Shown here: positions 34,788-46,485 of the stretch, piece by piece
Layout of the letters: each line of letters opens with the position of its first letter
How positions within the stretch are numbered: position 1 is the first letter of the stretch
From: Squalus acanthias
Lineage: Eukaryota
Length of the DNA: 64,000 nt
Reading direction: 5' to 3'
NCBI GenBank assembly: GCA_030390025.1
Contig: JASTWF010000036.1
Location: forward strand, 1,054,001-1,118,000
Notes under the pieces: generated by a model
Databases searched by the model: none
The model's input: the letters and a program-made list of their open reading frames with translations, nothing else
Told to the model about the DNA's origin: nothing
Position numbers and translations under genes: made by a program

Positions 34788-36089
34788 ACTTTATTAACTG
34801 CTTTGTTAACCTGTCCTGCCACCTGCAAAGATTTGTGCACAAGCACCCCCAGGTCTCTCTGTTCTTGCACCTCCTTTAAAATTGTTCCATTTAGCTTCGA
34901 CTGTCTCTCCTCATTCATCCTACCAAAATGCATCACCTCATACTTTTCTGTGTTGAATTTCACCTGCCATGTGTCCGCAAATTCCACCAGCCTGTCCATG
35001 TCCTTTTGAAGTCCATTACTATCTTCCTCACTGTTTACTACAACTTCCAAGTTTTGTGTCATCTGCAAATTTTGAAATTGTGCCCATGTACCCAAGTCAT
35101 TAATGTATATCAAAAACAGCAGTGGTCCTCGTACTGAACCCTGAGGAACACCACTGTATACCTCCCTCCAGTCCGAAAAACAGCCATTCACCACAACTCT
35201 CTGTTTTCTATCCCTTAGCTAATTTTGTATCCATGCTGCTACTGCCCCTTTTATCCCAGGGGCTTCAATTTTGCTGACAACCATATTATGTGGTACTTTA
35301 TCAAACGCCTTTTGAAAGTCCATATACACAACATCAACTGCACTGCCCTCATCCACCCTCTCTGTTACCTTATCAAAAAACTCAATCAAGTTAGTCAAAG
35401 ACGATTTGCCCTTAACAAATCCGTGCTGGCTTTCCTTAATTCATCCACACTTGTCCAAGTGATTGTTAATTTTGTCCCTGATTATTGTTTCTAAAAGCTT
35501 CCCCACTACCGAGGTCAAACTGACTGGCCTGTAGTTGCTGGGTTTATCTTTACACCCTTTTTTTGAACAAGGGTGTAACATTTGCAATCTTCCAGTCCTC
35601 TGGCATCACCCCTGTATCTAAGCAGGATTGGAAGATTGTGGCCAGCACCTCTGCAATTTCTACCTTTACTTTCCTCAGTAACCTAGGGTGCATCTCATCT
35701 GGACCGGATAACATATCCACTTTAAATACTGCCAGCCTTTCTAGTACCTCCTCTTTATCTATTTTTATCTCATCCAGTATCCTGACAACCTCCTCCTTTA
35801 CCGTAGCTTTGGCAAAGTCCTCTTCCTTGGTAAACACCGATACAAAGTACTCATTTACTACCTCAGCCATGCCTTCTGCCTCCACCAATAGATCTCCATT
35901 TTGGTCCCTCATCAGCCGCGCCTCTCCTCTGACAGCCCTTTTACTGTTAATATGCCTATAGAAGACCTTTGGATTTCCTGTTATGTTAGCCACCAATCTA
36001 TTCTCGTACTGTCACTTTGCCTCTCTTATTTCTTTTTTCACGTTTCCTCTACTTTTTATATTAAACCTGATTCTCCCTTGTATTTTTTT

Positions 36090-36819
36090 TTATTTGTTCC
36101 TGGGATGTGGGCGTCACTGGCAAGGCCAGCATTTATTGCCCATCCCTAGTTCCCCTTGAGAAGGTGGTGGTGAGCCGCCTTCTTAAACCGCTGCAGTCCG
36201 TGTAGTGAAGGTACTCCCACAGTGCTGTTAGGGAGGGAGTTCCAGGATTTTGACCCAGCAACGATGAAGGATCGGTGATATACATCCAAGTCAGGATGGT
36301 GTGTGACTTGGAGGGGAACTTGGAGGTGGTGGTGTTCCCATGCGCCTGCTGCCCTTGTCCTTCTAGGTGGAAGAGGTCGCGGGTTTGGGAGGTGCTGCTG
36401 AAGAAGCCTTGGTGAGTTGCTGCAGTGCATCTTGTAGATGGTACACACTGCAGCCACGGTACACCGGTGGTGGAGGGAGTGAATGTTTGAGGTGGTGGAT
36501 GGGGTGCCAATCAAGCGGGCTGCTTTGTCCTGGATGGTGTCGAGCTTCTTGAGTGTTGTTGGAGCTGCACTCATCCAGGCAAGTGGAGAGTATTCCATCA
36601 CACTCCTGACTTGTGCCTTGTAGATGGTGGAAAGGCTTTGGGGAGTCAGGAGGTGAGATACTCGCCGTTGAATGTCAAGGGGCGGTGGTTAGACTCTCGC
36701 TTGTTGGAGATAGTCATTGCCTGGCACTTGTGTGGCGCGAATGTTACCTGCCACTTATCAGCCCAAGCCTGAATGTCATCCAGGTCTTGTTGCATGCGGG
36801 CATGGACTGCTTCATTATC
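36090..36819 (-). mobile_element. Crack/L2-group LINE 3' fragment with an internal deletion
   Basis: DNEAVHARMQQDLDDIQAWADKWQVTF and MEYSPLAWMS; the junction at ~36667 lacks ~125 bp present in the 9455-10302 copy. Confidence 0.88.
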
Positions 36820-37737
36820 AAGCTGACATCTGTCATATGCCCCCTTTTTCTGCTTCATCCTGCTCTCTAACTCCTTAGCCATCCAGGGAGCTCTGGCTTT
36901 GGTTGACCTACCTTTCCCCCTTGTGGGAATTTACCTAGACTGTACCCGAACCATCTCTTCTTTAAAGGCTGCCCATTGCTCCAGGACATTTCAGCCTGCC
37001 AATCCTTGACTCCAATTTACCCGGGCCAGATCCCTCCTCAATTCGCTGAAATTAGCCCTCCTCCCGTTAAGTATTTTTACTCCAGATTGCTCCTTCTCCT
37101 TCTCCATAACTAATCTAAACCTTACGATAGTATGATCACTCAGAAGGGCGAAATCACTACCCGAGCAATCAAAATAATTTGATTCAGTGTTGCTCGGAAA
37201 TAATAACGTCCCATCCTTGTTCAACAATCCGCTGAGTTCCTGGAGACTGTGACCCTGTCAAACAGCTGATTCTGCAGTGAATCTCAAGTAAAATATTATC
37301 ATTATCTGTTGTGGGAAGCTTCAGTATTGACAATTTCTAAAGGGTGCTTTTGAAACGCGTGTCATGCTGTTTAATAGCCTCCTTGATGAGGCCTTGAATA
37401 AAAGCATTTGTCTCTTCACTCGCTACAAAGCTTGACAAAACTGTTTTAATAGTTATTGACTGAGACAAGGTAAACAGGGGAAGCAGACAGACCGCTTTCA
37501 AGTTGCAATTTCTAGACTTGGCCTTAAATAGGCTGGTGTTAAAAAATCTGTAGCAAAAAAGAAGTCAACGTGTGTAATTTCTTTGTGGTTATTGGCTTTC
37601 AGTCATGTTTCCCAACAGGGGCATTGCCAATATAGCACTGTACTTCACATGATATTGTTGCTTCTCTATTCACTTAAATTGAGGTAAAATGGAAATGAAA
37701 GTAAAGTTATGGCTCTTTTTTTCTTTTAAAAAAAAAA

Positions 37738-38047
37738 GAAAGACTTGCATTTATATAGCGCCTTTCATGACCTCAGGATGTCGCAAAGCGCTTTACAGCC
37801 AATGAAGTACTTTTTTTGAAGTGTGGTCGCTGTTGTAATCTCGGAAACGCGGCAGCCAATTTGCGCACAGCAAGCTCCCACAAACAGCAATGTGATAATG
37901 TGCAGATCATCTGTTTTAGTGATGTTGATTGCGGGATAATTATTGGGGAGAACTCCTCTGCGCTTCTTCGAAATAGCGCCATGGGATCTTTTACGTCTAC
38001 CTGAGAGAGCAGAAGGTTTCGCGTCTCATCTGAAAGATGGCACCTCC
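37738..38047 (-). mobile_element. Deu-domain SINE (3' part)
   Basis: Reverse-complement similarity to 7276-7710. Confidence 0.85.
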
Positions 38048-38393
38048 TTTGGGGGCGGGGGATCTGAAAATGTAAAATTGGCATGCTTGCCAGCAACATG
38101 AACTGTTCAGGTTGCTAAATGCCACAGAACATCAAGACTTCTGCGAAAAACTTTTGCAGCAAGTTTTCCAACTCTTACCAGCTTTAAGAGGTTGTTTTTC
38201 TGTCTCCATTATGCCCCATAAATTGGCACACGTAGTGGAGTGGAAAATTGTGTGCAGATCTGTAATGCTGGATCTCTGTCCACTTTTGTGCATTGCGTGC
38301 TTTTTTGGCATCCAATAAGCTCAGGGCAGGAAGCTGGCATCCAAACAAAATGGGTACAGGCTGTCCAGTGCACAAAGTTCACTAATCTAACAT

Positions 38394-39305
38394 GAGGTCA
38401 GAAATGGGGATGTTCGCTGATGACTGCAGTGTTCAGTGCCATTCACAACTCCTCAGATAATGAAGCAGTCCATGCCCGCATGCAACAAGACCTGGACGAC
38501 GTTCAGGCTTGGGTTGATAAGTGGCAGGTAACATTTGCGCCACACAAGTGCCAGGCAATGACTATCTCCAACAAGCGAGAGTCTAACCACCGCCCCTTGA
38601 CATTCAACGGCATTACCATCGTCAAATCCCCAACCATCAACATCCTGGGGTTTACCATTAACCAGAAACTTAACTGGACCAGGCACATAAATACTGTGGC
38701 AACAAGAGCAGGTCAGAGGCTGGGTATTCTGTGGCGAGTGTCTCACCTCCTGACTCCCCAAAGCCTTTCCACCATCTACAAGGCACAAGTCAGGAGTGTG
38801 ATGGAATACTCTCCACTTGCCTGGATGAGTGCAGCTCCAACAACACACAAGAAGCTCGACACCATCCAGGACAAAGCAGCCCGCTTGATCAGCACCCCAT
38901 CCACCACCTTAAACATTCACTCCCTCCACCACCGGTGTACCGTGGCTGCAGTGTGTACCATCTACAAGATGCACTGCAGCAACTCGCCAAGGCTTCTTCG
39001 GCATCACCTCCCAAACCCGCGACCTCTTCCACCTAGAAGGACAAGGGCAGCAGGCGCATGGGAACACCACCACCTCCAAGTTCCCCTCCAAGTCACACAC
39101 CATCCTGACTTAGAAGTATATCGCCGTTCCTTCATCGTCGCTGGGTCAAAATTCTGGAACTCCCTAACAGCACTGTGGGAGTACCTTCACCACACGGACT
39201 GCAGCGGTTCAAGAAGGCGGCTCACCACCACCTTCTCAAGGGCAATTAGGGATGGGCAATAAATGCTGGCCTTGCCAGCGACGCCCACATCCCATAAAAA
39301 CGAAT
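38394..39305 (+). mobile_element. Crack/L2-group LINE 3' fragment including the RT FADD motif
   Basis: gggatgttcgctgatgac (GMFADD), ORF 38420-39262, tail gggcaattagggatgggcaataaatgctggcc. Confidence 0.9.
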
Positions 39306-39519
39306 TAAAAAAAAATTGCAGCAGACTGCGGCATTGGAGCCCAGCAGGCAATGGGCACAGGGCCCACTTTCCCTTTCCGCCTGGGCCCAGGGTGTAACTG
39401 CTCTCCCAGTGCAGAGCAGCCAGCATAGAATCTGCCTCCAGGTCTTCAGATAACAAACTGATCAGCACAGAGGCGATGAACGGTCTATAGAATGACCAAT
39501 TCACCAGAATTGCAATCGT

Positions 39520-39635
39520 GGGTCACTGGGTGACCAGGGGTTGAGTCTTGACCTTTCACCTCTGAGACCTGTGTTCAACTCCAGCCCAGACTGATGGACT
39601 AAAAATGTCCTCTGTCATCTGGCTGTAAGGGTCTT
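39520..39635 (+). mobile_element. Old tRNA-SINE head resembling LF-SINE
   Basis: cctttcacctct..gttcaactccagcccag resembles the recalled LF-SINE 5' region. Confidence 0.4.
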
Positions 39636-40204
39636 CTGCCTATAATTAGCTGTTCCAGTGATTCCCACTGATGTACATGCCAGTACTCTTTGCCTGGATT
39701 CACTTGAGCAGGGATACACGATGGCACAGAAACGCTGACCTAAGTGGCAGCCGAATGCTCCTTTGTTTCTCCGTGCTTGACTGAAGAGCACTTCCTCCCC
39801 AGTGCAATCAACGTGTACACCCACTTGATGTAACAGATGGTGCAAATCATACAATACGTGGTTAGCTCGGGTATCAACAGGCCCATGACTTCTGAGAGCC
39901 TCCTTCTCTATTAGCTCCTCAGTTCTCATTTCTAATTAAGGGACCACCGCCTCTTTCATTCCTTGCCTCTTAATATGTGGTGACTTTTGTTTTTAAGTAT
40001 AAGAGCAGTGTGGAGTAAGACAGGGTGATTTGTTACACAGAAGTTAATGCATTTCTCTCTTGTGAATGAAGCACTTTTTGAAAGAACTAGACAAATACCA
40101 TTTAACTTAATCTCTAATCCCAGCCTTTGATCCCGCCTTACATTAATATTCTTGCCTTTTTTTTTCAATTTGTGAAACCCATTTGAACTGGTTAAGTGGC
40201 TTGT

Positions 40205-40330
40205 TAGCGATTGGAGAGGTGTGAAAGTAATATTATTGCCTGTGTGTCGCGATTGGCTGGTTTTCTTTTCATCCCTGATTGGAGGAAATTGCCCGTTGCA
40301 AAATGACGCTCAGCCGCCATTTTGAATGGG
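40205..40330. promoter_or_regulatory. Promoter/enhancer-like motif cluster: three CCAAT boxes, a half-CRE, a YY1 site and a CHR-like TTTGAA
   Basis: ATTGG at 40210, 40252 and 40278; TGACG at 40304; GCCGCCATTTTG at 40313-40324; TTTGAA at 40321. Confidence 0.4.
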
Positions 40331-40761
40331 AACCATTAGAATTTGTGAGGGCAGAAAAAGGCATTTCCCTCGAGATTTGGTTCTTCACCATCATCTTCTT
40401 CTCGATTCAGCTCGCTTTCAAATGCACTGACTGTGGCTACAAAAAAGCTTAGCTTTATCAACATATTAAATGGTGTCGGAGATTTAAAGGCAAGAATAAA
40501 TCCTCTGGCCAAGTACCGGCAGTGATCGGCGGGGAGATTTTTCACTCTGGCATTCCTGGAATGGATATCTGGGCATTGCACATGCTCGACGCTGATTTTC
40601 CATCTGTTCATTTTCATGGCCAACAATTTAAGGGCTGAGGTGGTGGTGGGGGGGAGGGGGCGGGAAAGAGAGCAAATTCTTGATTATATATTCTAAATGT
40701 GTTCAAGAAGTAGGAAAACCTCCCCTCTGCTGTCCATTTATATGTGAATGTATATATTAGA

Positions 40762-41450
40762 AAGCTAGCATGCAGGTACAGCAAGCAATAAGGAAGGCAA
40801 ATGGCATGTTGGCCTTTATTGCAAGGAGGTTGGAGTATAAGAGTAAGGAAGTCTTGCTACAATTGTACAGGGCCTTGGTGAGACCACACCTGGAGTAATG
40901 TGCAGAGTTTTGGTCTCCTTATCTGAGGAAGGATATACTTGCCTTGGAGGCGGTGCAACAAAGGTTCACTAGATTGATTCCTGGGGTGAGAGGGCTGTCC
41001 TATGATGAGAGATCGTGTAGAATGGTCCTATACTCTCTGGAGTTTAGAAGAATGAGAGGTGATCTCATTGAAACATACAAGATTCTGAAGGGGATTGACA
41101 GGGTAGATGCTGAGAGGTTGTTTCCCCCTGGCTGGAGAGTCTAGAACTAGGGGGCATAGTCTCAGGATAAGAGGTAGGCCATTTAGGACTGAGATGAGGA
41201 GGAATTTCTTCACTCGGGGTTGTGAATCTTTGGAATTCTCTGCCCCAGAGGGCTGTGGATGCTCAGTCGTTGAGTATATTCAAGGCTGATATCGATAGAT
41301 TTTTGGACTCTAGGGGAATCGAGGGATATGGGGATCGGGCGGGAAAGTGGAGTTGAGGTCGATGATCAGCCATGATCTTATTGAATGGCGGAGCAGGCTC
41401 GAGGAGCCACATGGCCTACTCCTGCTCCTATTCCTTATGTTCTTATGTTC
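40762..41450 (+). mobile_element. CR1 LINE 3' fragment
   Basis: EAVQQRFTRLIPG..EFRRMRGDLIETYKIL, RTRGH and CR1 tail. Confidence 0.92.
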
Positions 41451-41919
41451 TTCCCAGTGCCCTGGGATCTGCTCCATTTACACCAAAGCCCCAGAGAATT
41501 GTGATTTTAATCATCTGGCCTTCGACCTCCCTCAGTGGTTGGTGAAGGTCATTGCAGGACACAATACCGAATCAGCACTGCCGGCCTGTACAGACAGGCT
41601 GCGCCCTCGACCTTTCCGCCAACAACTCAAAATGAACTTTTCATTGGGCGCTATCGGGAGAGCCTTACGTTTGTCCGTCAATCAGATTTTAGTCAGTGTT
41701 CTGATCAGCAGGGCCCTTTGATACCTCTTGTGACTTGATGTGAAGCAACTTTCGCCTCGCCAGCAAATCATAGACTGACAAATTACAATAATAAAAACAA
41801 ATCTGACATTCCCAGATATGTAAAATAATAAAAGTTGTTGAACGTGCAATTATACAAGAATGGCACCATAGTAATGAAGCTCTTCTGAGGTTGGGGGTTG
41901 AAGTGTCTTGAGGACATCT

Positions 41920-42195
41920 CTCAAACATCTTGAAGCGCTTCACATACAATGAATTGCCTTGGTGCGGTGACTGCTGGAGGCAAATATGTTAGCCATTTTA
42001 TGCGCAGCAGGACCCCAATGAGATGAGTGACCTGCTGATTTTTTTGCGGGGTGAATGCCCAGCTGTTTGGTACCATGAGATGTTTAACATCCACCTGAGC
42101 AAATGGAGCAGCCAGAGGTGACCTCGATCTACCATCTGAACTGAAAAATGGGACCTCTGACAATACAAGGCTCCGTCAGAACTGCACGGACCCTG
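41920..42195 (-). mobile_element. Degenerate Deu-domain SINE
   Basis: tgaagcgcttcac..aatgaa, acatccacctgag motifs shared with other copies. Confidence 0.55.
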
Positions 42196-42230
42196 ACCAA
42201 GGGAGTGCTCTGTGCGAAAAAGAAGACATT

Positions 42231-42999
42231 GGGCCAGAAATTCGGCTCTCCGGCTTCCTGCGGGTGCAAGGATCGCGCGCGTACTTACCTACCGCGCCTG
42301 CCGTTGTGCTTCGGGCCCGCGTGGGATTCCGATCCTGGGCCTCCTGCAGCTGCCGGCGCGCAGTGCTCGCGTATCCCAGGGGCGCAGTTAGTTCGAAGCG
42401 TCCCCTGGGATCACGTGGGCCATGGAGAGCCAATCGGAGCAGGGAATCTTCATTCATAGATTTTGACAGGAAGACCTGTCAAATCTATGAATAGAGATCG
42501 GCCCCAAAACCTCACTTAAAACTTCAAATACATTAAAAAAAAAAAAATCACATTTTTAAAATAACTACAAATTACATAAATTAACTACTTTAAACAAAAA
42601 TTTAAATTTTTGAAAAAATTAATTACACTTTTTAACGGTGCTAAAAATAAACCTACCTTTCTTTAAAGTATATAAAAAAGATAAACCTGTTGAAAAAATG
42701 TTTAAATTGTACTTAATTCACCACTTACCTTGTTAAAAGCAGGCCTTGCGCCTCCTTTTTCCCCGCGCAGCTTCTCCGTACTTACCCTCACGGAGAAACC
42801 TGAAAAAATACCCCGAAGTTCACTGCGTGCGCGCTGCCTCTCCGGCGCACGCGGTTGACCCTCGAACCCCTTCTTTCACGAGACCGGAAGTTCCGGTTTC
42901 CCGTGCATGCGCAGTGCATGCGCGAAACCGACACTTCCGGTGGCCCTACGGGTGAGTACACAGCGCGTACTCACCCGTGGAGACCCGAATTTCTGCCCC
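42231..42999. mobile_element. Harbinger-type MITE (GC-rich arms, AT-rich centre)
   Basis: TIRs gggccagaaattcgg / ccgaatttctgcccc; flanks ATT/AGT; internal hairpins at 42883-42941 and 42948-42978. Confidence 0.8.
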
Positions 43000-44054
43000 A
43001 GTGTTATTCCGGGCACTGACGCCCTTAATGAGCACAATATCCAACCAGCAAGCCCTGAAAAGAGATCAATGGTATCTGCCTCGTACAAATAAGATCAGAA
43101 GGGATCATTGGGATATTTCTGGTTATAACTGACCTTTTCAAAGCGATTCCCCCTGTGTAAGGTTGTGTTGATCGGAGAGGAGTTGCTTGACTTGCTGTAA
43201 TGGATGGTTTTAATAACGTGCGGGGCAATCAAATCTATCTGTGAACTTCACTAATTTGTTATGCAAGTATTTACTATGCAACTGAACGCAGGCAACTGAA
43301 TGCTGTGCACCAGTAACAGGCTATTGATTTCAGTGTGATTATGCAACTGAGAGTCCATTTCATTCCAGGAATCCCGGCACAATGTCAAGATTTGAAGACG
43401 TAAACAGCAAACCTTTTTGGCATGCATGATTGATTTTCATTTTGTTTGATCCTGTGTAAGTGCCAAGTGTGTAAACGACTGGCTCAAATACTTAAAAGTG
43501 GAAGAAAAGTCTTTGGCGGGGCGTGGTGCTTTTTATTAATAAAACGTACCGCACCAATGTACATAATACTGCAAAAAATATCTAGCTCTCTAAAAGTGTA
43601 CCTTTCCGACTGTGTGTCTGTGTATGTATATATAATATGATAAAATCTCACCGTATAAAACGATCCATTATTCAGCACCATTAGGATGTCTGGCATGGCA
43701 AGTAGAAAAAGGGAGTAGAACTAGGGAGGCTCTTCTGTGATGAGATTTAACACATTGTTGGAGCCGAGCAGAGGGACCTTTATTCACAGTCTGAAGTCTT
43801 TCCTATCCTTTCTGCATTGACATTTTTTTTTAAATTGTGGATTATTGGCATGTCGGTAGCAATTTAAATATCAATTTCAGTCAGCATTGCTTGTGACCAG
43901 GGCCTTGAAATTTCGCTGTAGGGTAATAGCGTGCAAACACCTTCATCTGAGTTTCCTCTCTCCCTATGTTAGTGGAGTTGTTAGCCCATTTAAAATGGCC
44001 TTCCGCTAAAACACATACATGTGTTAAGTGTTCACACACTATTATCCTATAGCG

Positions 44055-44392
44055 TTGTGTTCAAATCCCTCCATGGCCTCGCCCCTCCCTATCTCTGTAA
44101 TCTCCTCCAGCCCTACAACCCTCCGAGATCTCTGCGTTCCTCCAATTCTGGTCTCTTGCGTATCCCCGATTTTAATCGCTCCACCATTGGCGGCCGTGCC
44201 TTCAGCTGCCTGGGCCCTAAGCTCTGGAATTCCCTATCTAAACCTCTCCACACCTCTCTCTTTTAAGAAACTCCTTAAAACCTACCTCTTTGACCAAGCT
44301 TTTGGTCACCTGTCCTTATGCGACTCGGAGTAAAATTTTGTTTGATAACGCTCCCATGAAGCACCTTAGGACATTTTACTATGTTAAAGGCA
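44055..44392 (+). mobile_element. L2 LINE 3' fragment
   Basis: VFKSLHGLAPPYLCNLLQPYNPPRSLRSS..GGRAFSCLGPKLWNSL. Confidence 0.9.
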
Positions 44393-44849
44393 CCAGGCAA
44401 ACTTAATGGATTCCCCTACTGAAGGGAAGCGTTGTTCCCTAATTAATTCCCTGTGTGGGCTATGTTACTCTTGTAAAATTGCTGTCACTTGTCACTGAAT
44501 TTCTGAATTCTGTCTGGTTGTTGTTTATTTCATGAAGTGCCCTGTTGGTTACACATTGCCCAGTGTGTCCGAACTGATTTGAAATTCAAGCATACGAGGG
44601 CTCTGTTCTTTAATACGGTAGATGCTTACTTCTCATACGCCGCAAGTGTGCTAGTCTACCTTTTTTTGGGTCAAGTTTGACCCTTCTTCTCGATTAGAAT
44701 TATTTTGTCAAATCGAGGGTACACGTTGACACAGAGTAGTTGGGTCGAATGGCCTGTCTCCGTATTGTAACTTCTATGTATAAAGATGCTAACCCATCTC
44801 GGATGTGCTTCCATTAATGCCTTATAAGTGCTCATTCTTAAAAGGCTAA

Positions 44850-45115
44850 ACAGGTGAGTAAGAGTAGACTATTTGACTGTGGAGGGCATGGCAGACAAGC
44901 CTAATTCCACCCCAAACCCAATGTCTGTGCACTTTGCAGCATTGAGCAGGAACCCTGGAATTCTCTTCCTCCACCCCCCCGCCCTCAGCCCAGGGAACTA
45001 TAGCCAATTGTAGCATCTCGACTGCTTCAGCTGGGACTGAGCACAAACAAGGAATGAAACGTGGGGCCTTCCTGGTCAGGTATGGCTCAATATCTCACTC
45101 GGGAGTTTACACTAA
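44850..45115 (-). mobile_element. Old SINE, AmnSINE2-like
   Basis: Reverse strand: gagccatacctgaccaggaagg..gtgctcag..gctacaattggc..ccagggttcctgctc..cagtcaaatag. Confidence 0.55.
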
Positions 45116-45202
45116 GGCTGCTGTCTGCACCCTTTTGTACAGGAGGCCTCAACTCTTCATAGGGGAAAGTACACTGGTGTAAAATGGAGGCTTTAGAGAG
45201 GA

Positions 45203-45896
45203 GGGGGAAAAATTCAGTGGCGCCCCCTTTGGGGCATTAACTTCGTTGGGACGTTACTTTTAGCGCCCCGAAAAAGTCAGCACCCCTGCGCCGTAAATTC
45301 AGTGGTAGCGCCCCAAGCAGGAGGCGGGGCACTACTGGAAGCGCTCCCCCTACTACCTGGGGCGCTGCAAGTGAATATCACGTCGCTACATGCAACAGCG
45401 CCACGCGCGTCGGCACGTAGCGCCGTGGTATTGCAGGCCTCCCTCCACTGATTAAAGGGGAGGGGCCTAGCGCTGCGCACACCGAGGCCCTGCTGAACCA
45501 CCGGGGAGCGGGGTGCCGGGAAAAGAACCCGGCACTCAAGAGGACCGATTGCGGCCGACGCCCCAAATAAAAAAGGGGAAGGGGACAGGTGCTGGCAGTC
45601 GGCCCAAAAAAATGGCCGCCCGACACCTGCCCCTTTAACCAGCGCCGCCGCCGCTGCACAAACGTCCCCTGACCCTGTCGGACACATCATCCGGTGATTG
45701 GTCAGGAGGCGCAACTGAAGCTTGTGGCCGGGGCGTTGCGCACGGTGATGACGTCATCGCCAGAGATGCAGCACCACGGGGCGCTACCGGCTATCGTGGC
45801 TGAATTTCGCAGGAGGTGTCAGCGGCGCCGCGCCCCGTTAGCGCTCCCCAGGGGCGCTAACGGGAGGCGCAAAGCAACCCAATTTCCCCCCCCCCC
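45203..45896. mobile_element. GC-rich Harbinger-type MITE (same family as 8563-9150)
   Basis: gggggaaaaattc ... cccaatttccccc; long internal similarity to 8563-9150. Confidence 0.85.
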
Positions 45897-46269
45897 GAGA
45901 TATCCAGGAGTCATGTGGTGGGATGCACTGCAATATTGACCAGTTGGGATTGTCTACCTTGCGGGGTAGGCACTCCTGCCCAGAAATTGGCGTTGGAGTT
46001 AAGCCCAACGCTGGTGGCAAATACGTGACACTGGCCAATGGTAGCAGTGCAGTATAGCGCTCACTCAGCACCCATAATGGAAGATGCATTGCTGCAGAGG
46101 CTGCAGGAGAGAGCAGGGTGAGGTGAGCTGCTGCAAACTTGCTTCTCACATTCTAGGTTCTGGCGCACTATGGGGACTGATCCACTCGTACTGATGGAGA
46201 AGGACCAGCAAGAGCAGGAGAAGGCTGCACATGATGTCAGATGGCGTTTCCATCAAGCTCCGCTACACG

Positions 46270-46485
46270 GCACGTGCACTGTGCCAGGCCTAGCCTCCTG
46301 GTAGTAACAGGACGGATGTTCCAAAGGAGACTGAGGTTTAGCAGGGAGACTGTGCCATCTCCTTCAGGAAGACTTCCAGATAATGGGTAACATCTGTATG
46401 GCACTGCCAGTGGCCGACAGCATAGCCTTCAGTAGTTACGCACTGGGTTCCTTCTAGGCTCGCACCTGAGACATCTGGCCATCTA
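46270..46485 (+). pseudogene. Degenerate Harbinger/HARBI1-like transposase N-terminal remnant
   Basis: Hand translation QRRLRFSRETV, then after a frameshift LCHLLQED..ALPVA..IAFSSYALGSF*ART*DI, collinear with HARBI1-family AL.FY.SGSFQ...GD. Confidence 0.65.

Larger units (their letters stand above)
34160..37140 (-). mobile_element. Decayed CR1 LINE interrupted by a PLE fragment (34207-34787) and a Crack-like LINE (36090-36819)
   Basis: ORFs 36991-37227 (SDHTIVRF), 35550-35996 (SGPDEMHPRLL..WKIANVTPLFKK) and 34643-35194 (SGVPQGSV). Confidence 0.9.

Noticed and set aside
34643..35194. Apparent CR1 RT-GIY-YIG fusion protein
   Set aside because: Explained by a PLE fragment inserted into CR1 with a 13-bp TSD; the ORF also contains a frameshifted segment
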